From an uncultured Candidatus Saccharibacteria bacterium (GTDB taxonomy: Bacteria; Patescibacteriota; Minisyncoccia; Phycocordibacterales; UBA9973), in contig CAYRQJ010000004.1 in assembly GCA_964426555.1 (NCBI GenBank), positions 19,109 through 83,108 on the forward strand: 64,000 bases of DNA, read 5' to 3'. Every line of letters starts with the position of its first letter. The stretch's first letter is position 1. The notes under the pieces were generated by a model, which was not told where the DNA came from, did no database searches, and saw only the letters and a list, made by a program, of their open reading frames with translations. This document shows positions 38,301 to 47,991 of this stretch, one piece after another. The translations under genes and the position numbers were made by a program.

Positions 38301-39301
38301 CCAAAAATAAGATTACCAATAGATAGTTGGTTATCACCACCAGCTGTTGGTAAATCAATATCGTAGCCAATAATAATATTATTGTCAGCACCAGTAGTTA
38401 AATTATTTGCGGCTTGGTAACCAATAAAAATATTATTTGCAAATACATCACCACCTTCATTTGCATTAGTACCAGCTCTGGCACCCAAAACAACATTATA
38501 TCCACCAGAAGTGTTACTATATAATCCTCTATTTCCAAAAATAGTATTATAACTACCGGTATTAAAAGGTGCAGAAGAACTACCAACCGCAGTATTGTAA
38601 CTACCGCTAATATTGTAAAGTAAAGACAAACTTCCAACACCAACATTGGCTTGTCCTGTTGTGTTGTTGTATAAAGCACCGTTACCAGCAACAGCTGTAT
38701 TATCTACTCCGGTTGTATTATTTTTTAAAGCGTTATATCCAATACCCGCATTTGAATATCCTGTGGTTACACTATTTAAAGCATTTTTACCAAATCCAGA
38801 ATTATAGCTTCCTTGCCAAGAACTAGTAGCCGTAGAACCCATTGTTAAATTACCAGCACTTTCACCAACAAAAGTACTTGACCCCTCAGTTGTCACTGTT
38901 CCATTGTTTCCATAAGTAAAATTATGAATGAACGTATTTGCCCCTTTGTAAATTATTCCGTATTGTGCAGCAAAACTTGTATCTGGTATTCGGAAGTTTT
39001 TTGTAATTTCTAATTGTTGATTTGGCGTATTCGTCCCTATACCTAATCTATTATTTGTATCATCCCAAAAGAAGTTTGTATTATCTTGTGTTAATGTAGA
39101 ACCATCAGAAAAAGCTATAGAGCCAGTTGTAAGAGTTGGTAGAATTGATACATAACAGTTAGCATCACCAGGTGCACAAGTAGGATCAAGCATAGCGTCA
39201 GATGGTATATATGGTAAACCAAAAGCTACTCCAGTACCAAAAATACTAAATATCACTGTGGCAATAATGAATTGTTTATTGTATTTAAGCCACTTTATCA
39301 T
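35390..39301 (-). CDS. Secreted trimeric fibre/adhesin-like protein with 14-residue N-x-A-x-G repeats, S74-type intramolecular chaperone and Pro-Thr tail
   Basis: Signal-like N-terminus; NTAVG..AL..N repeats; TSDERLKHNI...GLIAQE; TPDP repeats; ATG 39301 preferred over TTG 39322. Confidence 0.85.
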   Translation of the reverse strand: MIKWLKYNKQFIIATVIFSIFGTGVAFGLPYIPSDAMLDPTCAPGDANCYVSILPTLTTGSIAFSDGSTLTQDNTNFFWDDTNNRLGIGTNTPNQQLEITKNFRIPDTSFAAQYGIIYKGANTFIHNFTYGNNGTVTTEGSSTFVGESAGNLTMGSTATSSWQGSYNSGFGKNALNSVTTGYSNAGIGYNALKNNTTGVDNTAVAGNGALYNNTTGQANVGVGSLSLLYNISGSYNTAVGSSSAPFNTGSYNTIFGNRGLYSNTSGGYNVVLGARAGTNANEGGDVFANNIFIGYQAANNLTTGADNNIIIGYDIDLPTAGGDNQLSIGNLIFGTGIDGTGTTVSTGSIGIGTATPLAKLDVNGEALINGLRLGRGPSNDNTNTIFGYQAFNVNDSGYNNVAIGYRTLYSNDYGESNVAIGVDALKNGTGAAYSIAIGHGALENYDGSGAIAIGYGALQDATGGSGVAIGSGALGNSTGSDNIGIGDSAASHASGSGNTILGQSAGGGGAFSGSNNIFIGKNAGLGWSSADHNIMIGYDIEPQDYTQDNTLNIGNLIFGTGIDGVNATLSTGNIGIGIATPNEQLEITKNFRMPATSFAAQYGIIYKDGNRFIHDFNYGNNGAVTTSGGNTFVGESSGNFTIGSTATLVWEGSYNSAVGKNTMSALTTGHSNVAFGADTMAANTTGKANTALGKASMYYNTTGSDNTAVGQQSLFNLSTGSYNSGVGEYALSGVTTGTNNASLGYSSGNNTSTGTYNIALGTYALTANYLGSYNTVIGGHAWVATVADTTVSGNTAVGHNTTRLFATGADGNSLFGYQAGNNITTGSYNIVIGYDIDAPTATSTNTMTIGNLIFGTGIDGTGTTLSTGNIGIGDASPAAKFTVGDGDLFQVNSSGAIAAATGITSSGNITFSTLTSGSVPFTGTGGLISQDNSNFFWDDTNNRLGILTATPSYPLDISNGGITMMLGADNTLNTRTNVTDKNARIVGPHYTNAEEPVALFNYTSSSAVTNFGIGGGSSLTNAVTTITFYTAANTTTTTGTDRMTIISDGKVGIGDTTPDYGLDVVADINTDDCFREAGAQVAGTCTSDERLKHNITSLTGSLEKVMQLRPVSFEWNEDIESLGGTLRYVSGRQVGLIAQEMAQVFPDLVKEKNGYYAVSYNLELQMIALNAIQELNLKVTDLSSLDTTKENSLANKIKIFLADVGNNIEVIFTKLINADKVQTKELCVGSVCVNEEQFLQMVNQSGITPSPASNPTPDLSPTPDPTPTPDPTPDSTPTPDPAPTPDPDPAPTPDPEPAPEPVI

Positions 39302-39352
39302 AACTATAATCTTGTCCCACAAATAAAGAGTAATCTTGATTTATGTTATGTA

Positions 39353-39393
39353 TATTATACCAAAAAAATCGTTTAATCTTAAACGATTTTTGG
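39353..39393 (-). promoter_or_regulatory. Terminator hairpin plus extended -10 promoter, duplicated at 45246-45286
   Basis: aaaaatcgtttaa-tc-ttaaacgattttt adjacent to TGGTATAAT. Confidence 0.7.
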
Positions 39394-39431
39394 GGTTAAA
39401 TGGGGATAAGTAATGAGAGAAATTAGCTAAA

Positions 39432-42400
39432 TTATTCGGTTGTTGTTTCAGTATTAATTACTGGGTCTTCGTTAACTGTTTGGGTTGGTATTTCAGGAAT
39501 AGGTGGTGTTTCAACAGTTGAATTATCAGTATTTTCTTCAATATTTTGGTTCTCTTGTGTAGTATCTGTATTTGGTACTGGGTCAGGTGTTGGGGTTGGT
39601 TCAGGAGTTGAATCAGGAGTTGGTGTTACGTTTTGTGATTGTAATAGCTGTTGTAATTCTTGTTTTGTAATACAAACATCATCAATACAAAGTTTTTTAG
39701 TGTAAACTTCGTCAACAAAAATTGATTGAATTCCGTTCCCTACATCACTCAAGAATATTTTTATACGACTAGCTAAACTATTTTCTTTTGCGGGGTCAAG
39801 AGAATTTAAATCGGTAATTTTTAAATCTAAGTCTTGAATACTTTTAACAATTAATGGAGTTAGTTGAGAATAAGAAACTTTCCAATACTCATCTGGGTTA
39901 GACGGAATGATAACAGCATCAGGGTATGCATTGTACAATTCTTGAGCAACAAAACCATGAACACGAACATTTGGCTCTCGAATATATGAAAAATCTCTTA
40001 CCTTTATATCCATTAAGTTTCTTAGACTTAGACCAGTATCAACAATGTCTTGCTTTAGTCTTTGGTCAGAAGTTGTGGTTAATGTTAGTGTACCGGTTAC
40101 CAAAGACACAGTTCCAACATCACCACCGTCACCATCGTTAAACTGAATCCATTTACCAGCACTAGGAGTGTCTGCTCCGGCTTGATTGACTATACCAAAA
40201 CGGTAAAAATCATTACAATCGATTAAAAAATTTGAAGAATAATCAGCAGCATCCTCAAGAACAGTAAGCCTGTGTGTACCCAAAGTCACACTTCCGATTG
40301 TTGTTTTACCTAGGTTGGTCCAGTTCCCAGCGTCATCTAAATATGCAATAGATGATGAACTAGAATTAAGAGCATGTATGTTTTTTGTTGATGATGTTGC
40401 ACCTTGACCTTTAATCATTAATCTTGTGCTACCTATACCACCATTACTAGTATTACCAATAAAAGCATTACCATTAACATCAAAATCATTAACCGGAGAC
40501 ATTGATACACCAACTCTTCCACCAAAATATGCTGCATAATTATTAGTAGCTCCAGTAGGAACCTCAACATAAAGGCCGTACGCATTTGTTGCACTCGATA
40601 CAGAACTACCTTGTTGAATATACAACCCAATTGAATTTGTTATACTTGCATTTGTACTTTTAATAGGGGCGCCAGCAATAGCCATTGTTGCAGCATTAGT
40701 TATAGTACTTGCCCCCACAAATGAATATGTTGGTTGAGTTATTAATACTTCTCTTTGGGTTGCTATTGCACCTGTTGCCCATTGTCTACCCGCAGTAGTT
40801 AAAGTTAGTGATGGAATCTCAGTTGAGGCTGTTTGATTTGTATTAACAGCACCAGTGTACACAATACCTTTTAATGCACCAGTACTAGTAATAGTCTGAG
40901 CAACCTCAAGTTTGCCAGTGGGTGCAGCTATGCCTATACCAATATTTCCTGTTGATACAGTTGTGCCAGTTCCATCTATTCCAGTACCAAAGATAAGGTT
41001 ACCAATGGATAATTGGCTATCAGTTGTTGCGGATGGTGCATCGATATTATAACCAATTACAATATTTTTAGAACCGGTAGTTAATGCATCACCAGCTTGC
41101 CAACCTAATAAAATATTATAATCACCACTTGTCGCAGCAAGTCCTGAACCATAGCCAATAGATGTATTACCAGTACCCGATGTTGAAGTAAACAAGGCTT
41201 TATAACCAATCCCAATTGATTGATCTGCTGTAGTATTGGTTAATGATTGACTACCAAATACTTGATTACCAATACCCACATTGTCAGTACCGATCGTTTC
41301 AACTGCTGCATGATACCCTAAATAGACGTTATCAGAACTAGTTGTAATTGCTGCACCTGCTAAATATTCACTGGCCATAGCTTCTTGCCCAATTACAACA
41401 TTTCGAAAACCAACAAGTGAATATCCTGCGGCTGAACCCATCAACACATTTCCTCCACTGGTACCACTGGTTGTAATATTGAACCCAGAAGATTCTCCAA
41501 TAGAGATGTTATTACTACTTGTTGAAATATTTCTAAGTGCATCTTTATTTATAGCTACGTTAGAATAACCAGAACTAAGTGGTTGCGCAGCAGCAGCTCC
41601 AATTGCAACATTAAACTGTCCACTAGACAGATTTAACATTGTATTGTCACCAATAGAAATATTTCTATCTCCAGTTGCTGAAGAGTTAAGAGAATTACCA
41701 ATACCGATATTTGAATATGGAGTTACTCCTGTAGATGCAGTTCTGTGAATATACCAGTCACCTGCAACGCTACGAATTCCTGTATCCATAGTTGCTGTTG
41801 TAAATCTTAGTTCAGCGGTAGAAGAAGAGAGTGTGACAGATGCACCAGTTGTACTAACAGCTCCAGTTGAAGTAACTTGGAATTGTGATGTTGATCCAAC
41901 AGAAAACATATTTGTTGGGCTTGTATTCCCACCAATATTTACAAGCCCGCCAGTAGATATTCGCATTCTTTCAACACCAAGTGCTCCATTGTTTGTTCCA
42001 AAAACAATATTTCCACTATAAGTATTAATAACAAAATTAGTTACAGCTCCGCCTATTTGAAAACCAGCTTGACCTGTAGCACCTAAAGACATCTCATTAT
42101 AACCACCACTGGAACCATTTATAAAAAATTTTGCATAGTTTGAACCACTACCACCATTTGCATTGTATAAAGTTAAATCTGGAGTCCCAGTGGTTGATGT
42201 GTTTTCAATTAATATTTTTGTTTGTGTAGCATCGGCGTCTTTAATTAACAAAGCTTCTCCTGGAGCAGTAGCTCCAGTACCTATACCTACACGACCAGTA
42301 TCACGAAAAGTAACAAAAGCAGTACCGTTATCTTTAATTAAGAAATCCCCAGTTGAAGTTAAATCAACAAACGAATCAGTAGAAGTACCAGCAGTTAATG

Positions 42401-45194
42401 AATATATTCCAGATGATGTTATACCAGTCGCAGCTGCTATTGCACCAGATGAATTGACTTGAAATAAATCACCATCACCAACTGTAAACTTTGCTGCAGG
42501 ACTTGCATCACCGATACCCACATTCCCAGTTGAAAGTGTAGTCCCTGTGCCATCTATTCCTGTACCAAAGATTAAGTTACCAATAGACATTTGACCATCT
42601 GTCGTATTGCTTGGTGCGTCAATGTCATAACCAATGACAATATTCTTGTCACCAGTTGTTATTGCATTACCAGCAGCATAACCAATAGCGATGTTGTTTG
42701 CAGCGTCCCCCATACTTTGACCAGCACCAAAACCTATCAAAGTGTTGCCATCAGCAGCTAAATTTAGGCCAGCAATAGTACCAATTATTGTTGAATAATT
42801 AATTGCAGCGGTTGTTTGTCTTGCTGCACCATATCCAATAACTACATTGTCAGCACCAGCTCCATCACGAAGAACGGCTGAACCAATGGCTACGTTTTCA
42901 TTACCCGAACTTGTAAACATTGCTCTGTAACCCATAACTATGTTATCACTATCTCCAGCTAATCCTGATCCGGCTTCATAACCAATAGCAATGTTATCAC
43001 TACCTGTTGTAGAAATACCATTCATGGCACTTGTACCAATAGCAATGTTTTGCGATGCTGTTGTTAATGCATTTAAAGACGATACACCAATACCAATGTT
43101 ATTAGCTCCTTCGGTTACAAGTCTTAAACCACTAATACCCACATTATTACCACCACTTGTTGTGTCTTGTCCTGAATATTGACCAACACCACCTGCGCGA
43201 CCGGCAAAGAAATTGTTTGAGCCTGTTGTTACAGCACTAAATGTTCCCTGGTTTAAAACAGTATTAAGTAATGTTGTATCAAAACGAAGAGCAAATACTC
43301 CACCTATTTTATATCCATTAGTTAATACTCCAGTACTTGATGTGTTAAAGAAACCCGTAGCGCTACTAATCACAGCAGAAGCCCCTGAGCCTGACAATGT
43401 TAGTGCCGCACCAGTTGAATCTAATGTTTTTGCTCCGGCAAAAGTTTGTGTACCTGTTGTAACAACACCACCAAATGAAGCGGAAGCTGGTTCAAGATTT
43501 AAAGTAACCCCAGAAATAGTAGCGCCATTTGAATTTGCTGATGAACCAATAACCCCAATAGTTGTAACACCACCAGATGCTGCTGCCCATGTTAATGTTC
43601 CTGATCCATTATTTGTTAAAACATAACCACTGGCTCCAGCCTGAGATCCGGGCCATGTATAAGTAACATTATTTATTTTTACGATATTCCCAGATGAATC
43701 AACTTGGAATAGGTCTCCATTACCTACGGTTAATAATGAGGCAGGAGTAGTATCCCCAATACCTAAATTACCGGAATTAATTACTCGAATTTTTTCAGTT
43801 AAAGAACCACTAGTTGTTGTTGAGAAAGAAATATATCCAGTATTATTTACTCGGTTTTGGAAATAAAATTGCCCAGCATTAGAAGCTGCAGATTGACTGA
43901 ATCCTCCAACACGATAATTCACAGTTCCTGGCCATGCTCCTTCTCGTAAATCAAGTAATGTTTGATTTGTCCCTGCAACATCTTGCATTACAAATTGAGC
44001 TGCACCACTTGTTGCCCCTGCACGAATAGTCACATCTCCACTGGCTGTCATAACGTCTAATCTTACATTAGGTGATGCAATACCTATACCGATATTTCCA
44101 CTGGAAACTGATGTCCCTGTTCCATCAATACTTGTACCAAAGATTAAGTTACCAATAGATAATTGATTATCACCACTGGCAGTTGGTAAATCAATATCGT
44201 AGCCGATAATAATATTATTACCCGCACCTGATGTTGCATTATTAGCAGCTTGATATCCAATAAAAATATTATTGTCTAAATTACCAGTCCCACCAGTATT
44301 ATAACCAGAATCATATCCCAAGGAAACATTATTACTACCACCAGTATTTGAACGTAATGCATTTAACCCCATTCCAATATTGTAATTACCAGTTGAATTA
44401 TTGTATAAAACATTTCCCCCTATACCAGTATTATATAAACCAGTATTGTTATACAAAGCATTTGTACCGACGGCAGTATTATACCCAGTTGTACTATTTG
44501 AATACAGAGCATTGACCCCAACTGCAGTATTTCCACTACTAGTAGTATTATTTCTTAAGGCATATACACCAAACGCAGCATTAGATACTCCACTACTATT
44601 ATTTTCTAAAGACTGTTTACCAACAGCTGTATTGTCTACACCACCAATATTTGAATATAACGTCCTGTATCCAACAGCAGTACTACCATTCCCTGTATTT
44701 GTATAAAGAGCAGTATATCCAATTGCAGTATTTTGAAGAGCAGAAACTGAACTATATAAAGTCTGATAACCCACGGCAGTATTTTGACTACCATTAGTAT
44801 TTGAATTTAAAGTTTGATAACCCACTGCGGTATTTGTAGCAACACTACCAGCACCAAGACCAACACGAATATTATTTAATAAAACATCAGATCCAGAAAC
44901 TTCAAGTTTATAAGTAGGCGTATTCGTTCCTATCCCTAATCTATCATTTGTATCATCCCAAAAGAAATTTGTATTATCTTGTGTTAATGTAGAACCATCA
45001 GAAAAAGCTATAGACCCGGTAGTAAGCGTTGGTAGAATTGACACATAACAGTTAGCATCACCTGGTGCACATGTAGGATCAAGCATAGCGTCAGATGGTA
45101 TATATGGTAAACCAAAAGCTACTCCAGTACCAAAAATACTAAAGATCACTGTGGCAATAATGAATTGTTTATTGTATCTAAGCCACTTTATCAT
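39432..45194 (-). CDS. Paralogous giant fibre/adhesin-like protein with S74-type chaperone
   Basis: First ~95 aa nearly identical to the neighbour; TSDQRLKQDI...GFVAQE; ATG 45194 preferred over TTG 45215. Confidence 0.85.
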   Translation of the reverse strand: MIKWLRYNKQFIIATVIFSIFGTGVAFGLPYIPSDAMLDPTCAPGDANCYVSILPTLTTGSIAFSDGSTLTQDNTNFFWDDTNDRLGIGTNTPTYKLEVSGSDVLLNNIRVGLGAGSVATNTAVGYQTLNSNTNGSQNTAVGYQTLYSSVSALQNTAIGYTALYTNTGNGSTAVGYRTLYSNIGGVDNTAVGKQSLENNSSGVSNAAFGVYALRNNTTSSGNTAVGVNALYSNSTTGYNTAVGTNALYNNTGLYNTGIGGNVLYNNSTGNYNIGMGLNALRSNTGGSNNVSLGYDSGYNTGGTGNLDNNIFIGYQAANNATSGAGNNIIIGYDIDLPTASGDNQLSIGNLIFGTSIDGTGTSVSSGNIGIGIASPNVRLDVMTASGDVTIRAGATSGAAQFVMQDVAGTNQTLLDLREGAWPGTVNYRVGGFSQSAASNAGQFYFQNRVNNTGYISFSTTTSGSLTEKIRVINSGNLGIGDTTPASLLTVGNGDLFQVDSSGNIVKINNVTYTWPGSQAGASGYVLTNNGSGTLTWAAASGGVTTIGVIGSSANSNGATISGVTLNLEPASASFGGVVTTGTQTFAGAKTLDSTGAALTLSGSGASAVISSATGFFNTSSTGVLTNGYKIGGVFALRFDTTLLNTVLNQGTFSAVTTGSNNFFAGRAGGVGQYSGQDTTSGGNNVGISGLRLVTEGANNIGIGVSSLNALTTASQNIAIGTSAMNGISTTGSDNIAIGYEAGSGLAGDSDNIVMGYRAMFTSSGNENVAIGSAVLRDGAGADNVVIGYGAARQTTAAINYSTIIGTIAGLNLAADGNTLIGFGAGQSMGDAANNIAIGYAAGNAITTGDKNIVIGYDIDAPSNTTDGQMSIGNLIFGTGIDGTGTTLSTGNVGIGDASPAAKFTVGDGDLFQVNSSGAIAAATGITSSGIYSLTAGTSTDSFVDLTSTGDFLIKDNGTAFVTFRDTGRVGIGTGATAPGEALLIKDADATQTKILIENTSTTGTPDLTLYNANGGSGSNYAKFFINGSSGGYNEMSLGATGQAGFQIGGAVTNFVINTYSGNIVFGTNNGALGVERMRISTGGLVNIGGNTSPTNMFSVGSTSQFQVTSTGAVSTTGASVTLSSSTAELRFTTATMDTGIRSVAGDWYIHRTASTGVTPYSNIGIGNSLNSSATGDRNISIGDNTMLNLSSGQFNVAIGAAAAQPLSSGYSNVAINKDALRNISTSSNNISIGESSGFNITTSGTSGGNVLMGSAAGYSLVGFRNVVIGQEAMASEYLAGAAITTSSDNVYLGYHAAVETIGTDNVGIGNQVFGSQSLTNTTADQSIGIGYKALFTSTSGTGNTSIGYGSGLAATSGDYNILLGWQAGDALTTGSKNIVIGYNIDAPSATTDSQLSIGNLIFGTGIDGTGTTVSTGNIGIGIAAPTGKLEVAQTITSTGALKGIVYTGAVNTNQTASTEIPSLTLTTAGRQWATGAIATQREVLITQPTYSFVGASTITNAATMAIAGAPIKSTNASITNSIGLYIQQGSSVSSATNAYGLYVEVPTGATNNYAAYFGGRVGVSMSPVNDFDVNGNAFIGNTSNGGIGSTRLMIKGQGATSSTKNIHALNSSSSSIAYLDDAGNWTNLGKTTIGSVTLGTHRLTVLEDAADYSSNFLIDCNDFYRFGIVNQAGADTPSAGKWIQFNDGDGGDVGTVSLVTGTLTLTTTSDQRLKQDIVDTGLSLRNLMDIKVRDFSYIREPNVRVHGFVAQELYNAYPDAVIIPSNPDEYWKVSYSQLTPLIVKSIQDLDLKITDLNSLDPAKENSLASRIKIFLSDVGNGIQSIFVDEVYTKKLCIDDVCITKQELQQLLQSQNVTPTPDSTPEPTPTPDPVPNTDTTQENQNIEENTDNSTVETPPIPEIPTQTVNEDPVINTETTTE

Positions 45195-45245
45195 AACTAT
45201 AATCTTGTCCCACAAATTAAGAATAATCTTGATTTATGTTATGTA

Positions 45246-45286
45246 TATTATACCAAAAAAATCGTTTAAGATTAAACGATTTTTGG
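45246..45286 (-). promoter_or_regulatory. Terminator hairpin after pheT plus extended -10 promoter (copy of 39353-39393)
   Basis: aaaaatcgtttaa-ga-ttaaacgattttt adjacent to TGGTATAAT. Confidence 0.7.
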
Positions 45287-45326
45287 GTAAATGTGGGGAT
45301 AAATAATTGGTTAAAATAAAATTTAT

Positions 45327-47228
45327 TTATCTTATTTCAAGCCCGGAAATTTGCTTTAAATTAGCTTCTATTTTTTGCATAACTTCAGCTATTTCTGTGT
45401 CGGTTAAAGTCCTGTCTTTTGCTTGAAAAACCATTCGGAATGCGTAAGAATTTTTACCATCTTTACTAAATTTATCAAACAAGTTTGGGCCTACTACAAC
45501 AAGTTCATTGATACTATTTTTTATATTTTCTAAAACTACATCATCTGTTATATCAACTGGCACCCATACTGAAATGTCGCGAGTTATAAATGGGTATTGG
45601 GACCAAGGAGTAAAGGTTCTAGTTTCTAGCTTATAGTTGCTAGTTGAAGCGGAATCAGTGAATGGAATATTACTCACAACCTCGCCTGCTCTATCTGTTA
45701 AATTTTTAGTAAGAATAGATGCAAAATCTATTAAATTAGATTCTTGCACTTCGCTTTTATTCGCATATGCAACATGTATTTCTTCAGTATCATTTATAAA
45801 TACAGTTCCAATTTCAAAGATTTTTATTTCATTTTGGTTCAACAATGGTGCATTATTTTTGTTTAACTCGTAAGACGTCCTTAACCCATCGGTTAAATTG
45901 GTTCGTAGAAAATCTTTACCTTTGGCACCACGAGCTATTTGAATATCCCCTTTTTTACAAAAAGAATATGTCATAACTTCGTTATAACCATTTGATATTA
46001 AATCATTTCTAATGCTTTCTATTTTATTGTATTGTTCATTTTCTTTTGCAGTAAAAATATTTTTTATATCAGGCATTATTGGGACTAATTTGTCGTAACC
46101 ATAAATACGTCCAATTTCTTCTACCATATCTATTTCACTTTCTAAATCAAGACGAAAAACAGGTGCTGTTACTTTAAATGTACCAGCATTAAAAACATAT
46201 TCATATTTATAATTTTTTAAAATATTTTCTATATCAACATCTGTAATACTGCTACCCAATTTTTTATTTACCAAATTTGATGTGAAAGAAATTATTCTTT
46301 CAACTTGGGCTACTGGATACACATCTACAACTTCTTCTAAGACTGCATCGGGACACATCTCGCAAATCAATGCCGATAATTCAAGCATTCCAAAATCACA
46401 TAATTCTGGGGTTAAATTATTTTCAAATCTTTTTGCAGCATCAGATAGTACTCCTATTCTACGAGCGGTTTTACGAATACAAATTGGGTCAAAATTCCCT
46501 ACTTCTAAAACAATGTCCACGGTATCATCCTGGATTCCTGAATTTACTCCACCCTTTATGCCACCCAGTGCTAATGTCTCACCACCAGAATTAGTGATTA
46601 CTAAATCAGTTTCTTTTAGTTTTGCAACTATGGCGTCGCGCCCAACTAAAGTTAGCTCTTCATCCACCCCTGCATTTGTAATAACAATTTTTTGATCAGA
46701 AAATTTACGTAAATCAAAAGCATGTGTTGGTTGCCCGCAATTTAGCATTACTAAATTTGTAGCGTCTACAATGTTATTAATACTGCGTTGTCCTGCATTT
46801 TCCAAATGTTTTACTACCCAATCAGGTGATGGCCCAACTTTAATATTGCGCACTATTCTAGCAGAATATCTACGACAAGAATTTGTTTGAATATCAATTT
46901 GTAAATTAGTTTTTTGTATTTCTTTCTTTGCTAAAATTTTGTCATAGCCATCTTTTGTTTCAACAAAGTTTAAACCAAGTTGACCAGAAATTTCCAAAGC
47001 TACACCTTTGTGAGAAAGTAAATCATGCGCACGATTAGGTAAAATGTTTACATCCAATATCCAATCTGAAATCTCGTTAGAGGCAGGATCTGTTTCAATA
47101 GATCCGTCGGCTCTAATCGGGACTAATCCTTCTACTTCCGTAAGATGGTACGTTAAAACATCGTGCAGTTTTTCTGCATCTGGAGCATCGGGTATATACC
47201 ATTTTAACCAGTTATAAGATATTTTCAT
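45327..47228 (-). CDS. pheT: Phenylalanyl-tRNA synthetase beta subunit (lacks B2 OB domain)
   Basis: MKISYNWL, PNRAHDLLSH.G.A.E, NNIVDATN, GQPTHAFD, EEIGRIYGY, RDIS..V FDX-ACB domain. Confidence 0.95.
   Translation of the reverse strand: MKISYNWLKWYIPDAPDAEKLHDVLTYHLTEVEGLVPIRADGSIETDPASNEISDWILDVNILPNRAHDLLSHKGVALEISGQLGLNFVETKDGYDKILAKKEIQKTNLQIDIQTNSCRRYSARIVRNIKVGPSPDWVVKHLENAGQRSINNIVDATNLVMLNCGQPTHAFDLRKFSDQKIVITNAGVDEELTLVGRDAIVAKLKETDLVITNSGGETLALGGIKGGVNSGIQDDTVDIVLEVGNFDPICIRKTARRIGVLSDAAKRFENNLTPELCDFGMLELSALICEMCPDAVLEEVVDVYPVAQVERIISFTSNLVNKKLGSSITDVDIENILKNYKYEYVFNAGTFKVTAPVFRLDLESEIDMVEEIGRIYGYDKLVPIMPDIKNIFTAKENEQYNKIESIRNDLISNGYNEVMTYSFCKKGDIQIARGAKGKDFLRTNLTDGLRTSYELNKNNAPLLNQNEIKIFEIGTVFINDTEEIHVAYANKSEVQESNLIDFASILTKNLTDRAGEVVSNIPFTDSASTSNYKLETRTFTPWSQYPFITRDISVWVPVDITDDVVLENIKNSINELVVVGPNLFDKFSKDGKNSYAFRMVFQAKDRTLTDTEIAEVMQKIEANLKQISGLEIR
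45618..45645. repeat. Four tandem degenerate heptamers inside pheT
   Basis: tctagtt tctagct tatagtt gctagtt. Confidence 0.6.
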
Positions 47229-47232
47229 AAAA

Positions 47233-47937
47233 TTAAAATTGATTAAGTCTTAAATCACCCCCATAAAACAAACGCACATCGTGAATATTCCAACGTATCA
47301 TTGCTATACGGTCCAGCCCCCCACCAAAAGCAAAACCTTGGACTTTCTCTGGATCAAAACCTGCATTTTTTAATACTATTGGGTTTAGCATTCCTCCACC
47401 CATCATTTCCAACCATCGCCCATTAAATTTTGCATGGACTTCTACTGATGGTTCCGTAAAAGGAAAGAAGCTAGGACGAAATTCTATTTCTACATTGAGA
47501 CCTAATGCTTTTTTATAAAATTCAATAAGTACGGCTTTCATGTTAGACAAATTTATATTTTCTCCTATCATAAAACCGTCTATTTGGTAAAACTGCATTT
47601 CATGAGTAGCGTCTGTTGCTTCATTACGAAAAACTTTACCTATGGAAATATATGCGCCATTGGTCTCATTATTTTTTGCCATTTGTTCTAACATTCTGGC
47701 GGTAGTGTTTGTGTTATGAGTACGCAGTACTTTGTCTTCTAAATTCTTTATATAAAAAGTATCCTGCATGTCGCGAGCTGGATGGTCTTTAGGAACGTTC
47801 AGCGCATCAAAATTATGCCAAGTGTCGTCCATTTCTGGGCCATTAGCTATACTAAAACCCATATCGGTAAATACAGTATAAGCTTCATTGGCTAGTAAAT
47901 TCAAAGGGTGTTGTGACCCAGTTGGGTGTTGTTCCAT
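47233..47937 (-). CDS. pheS: Phenylalanyl-tRNA synthetase alpha subunit, catalytic core only
   Basis: NFDALN..HPARDMQDTFY, FRNE, FRPSFFPFTEPS, GFAFGGGLDR. Confidence 0.96.
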   Translation of the reverse strand: MEQHPTGSQHPLNLLANEAYTVFTDMGFSIANGPEMDDTWHNFDALNVPKDHPARDMQDTFYIKNLEDKVLRTHNTNTTARMLEQMAKNNETNGAYISIGKVFRNEATDATHEMQFYQIDGFMIGENINLSNMKAVLIEFYKKALGLNVEIEFRPSFFPFTEPSVEVHAKFNGRWLEMMGGGMLNPIVLKNAGFDPEKVQGFAFGGGLDRIAMIRWNIHDVRLFYGGDLRLNQF

Positions 47938-47943
47938 ATTTAA

Positions 47944-47972
47944 ATACTACCTTTTTTAAGGCTTTTTTTCAA
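47944..47972 (-). promoter_or_regulatory. Leaderless-type promoter of pheS
   Basis: TTGAAA-17-TAGTAT-6 nt-ATG. Confidence 0.65.
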
Positions 47973-47991
47973 ATTTATAATTCATAAGTTA

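Noticed and set aside
40180-40250. Odd-looking segment (FLIDCNDFYRFGIVNQ) in the large adhesin as a possible DGR variable region
   Set aside because: No template repeat or reverse transcriptase in the window; cannot be distinguished from ordinary divergence or sequencing error
35390-45215. Prophage interpretation of the S74-containing fibre genes
   Set aside because: No integrase, capsid, terminase or other phage genes; both have signal-like N-termini and host-type promoters
45678-45700. ctcgcctgctctatctg in pheT as a third copy of the 18-bp palindrome
   Set aside because: Only the gcctgc core matches and it is not palindromic
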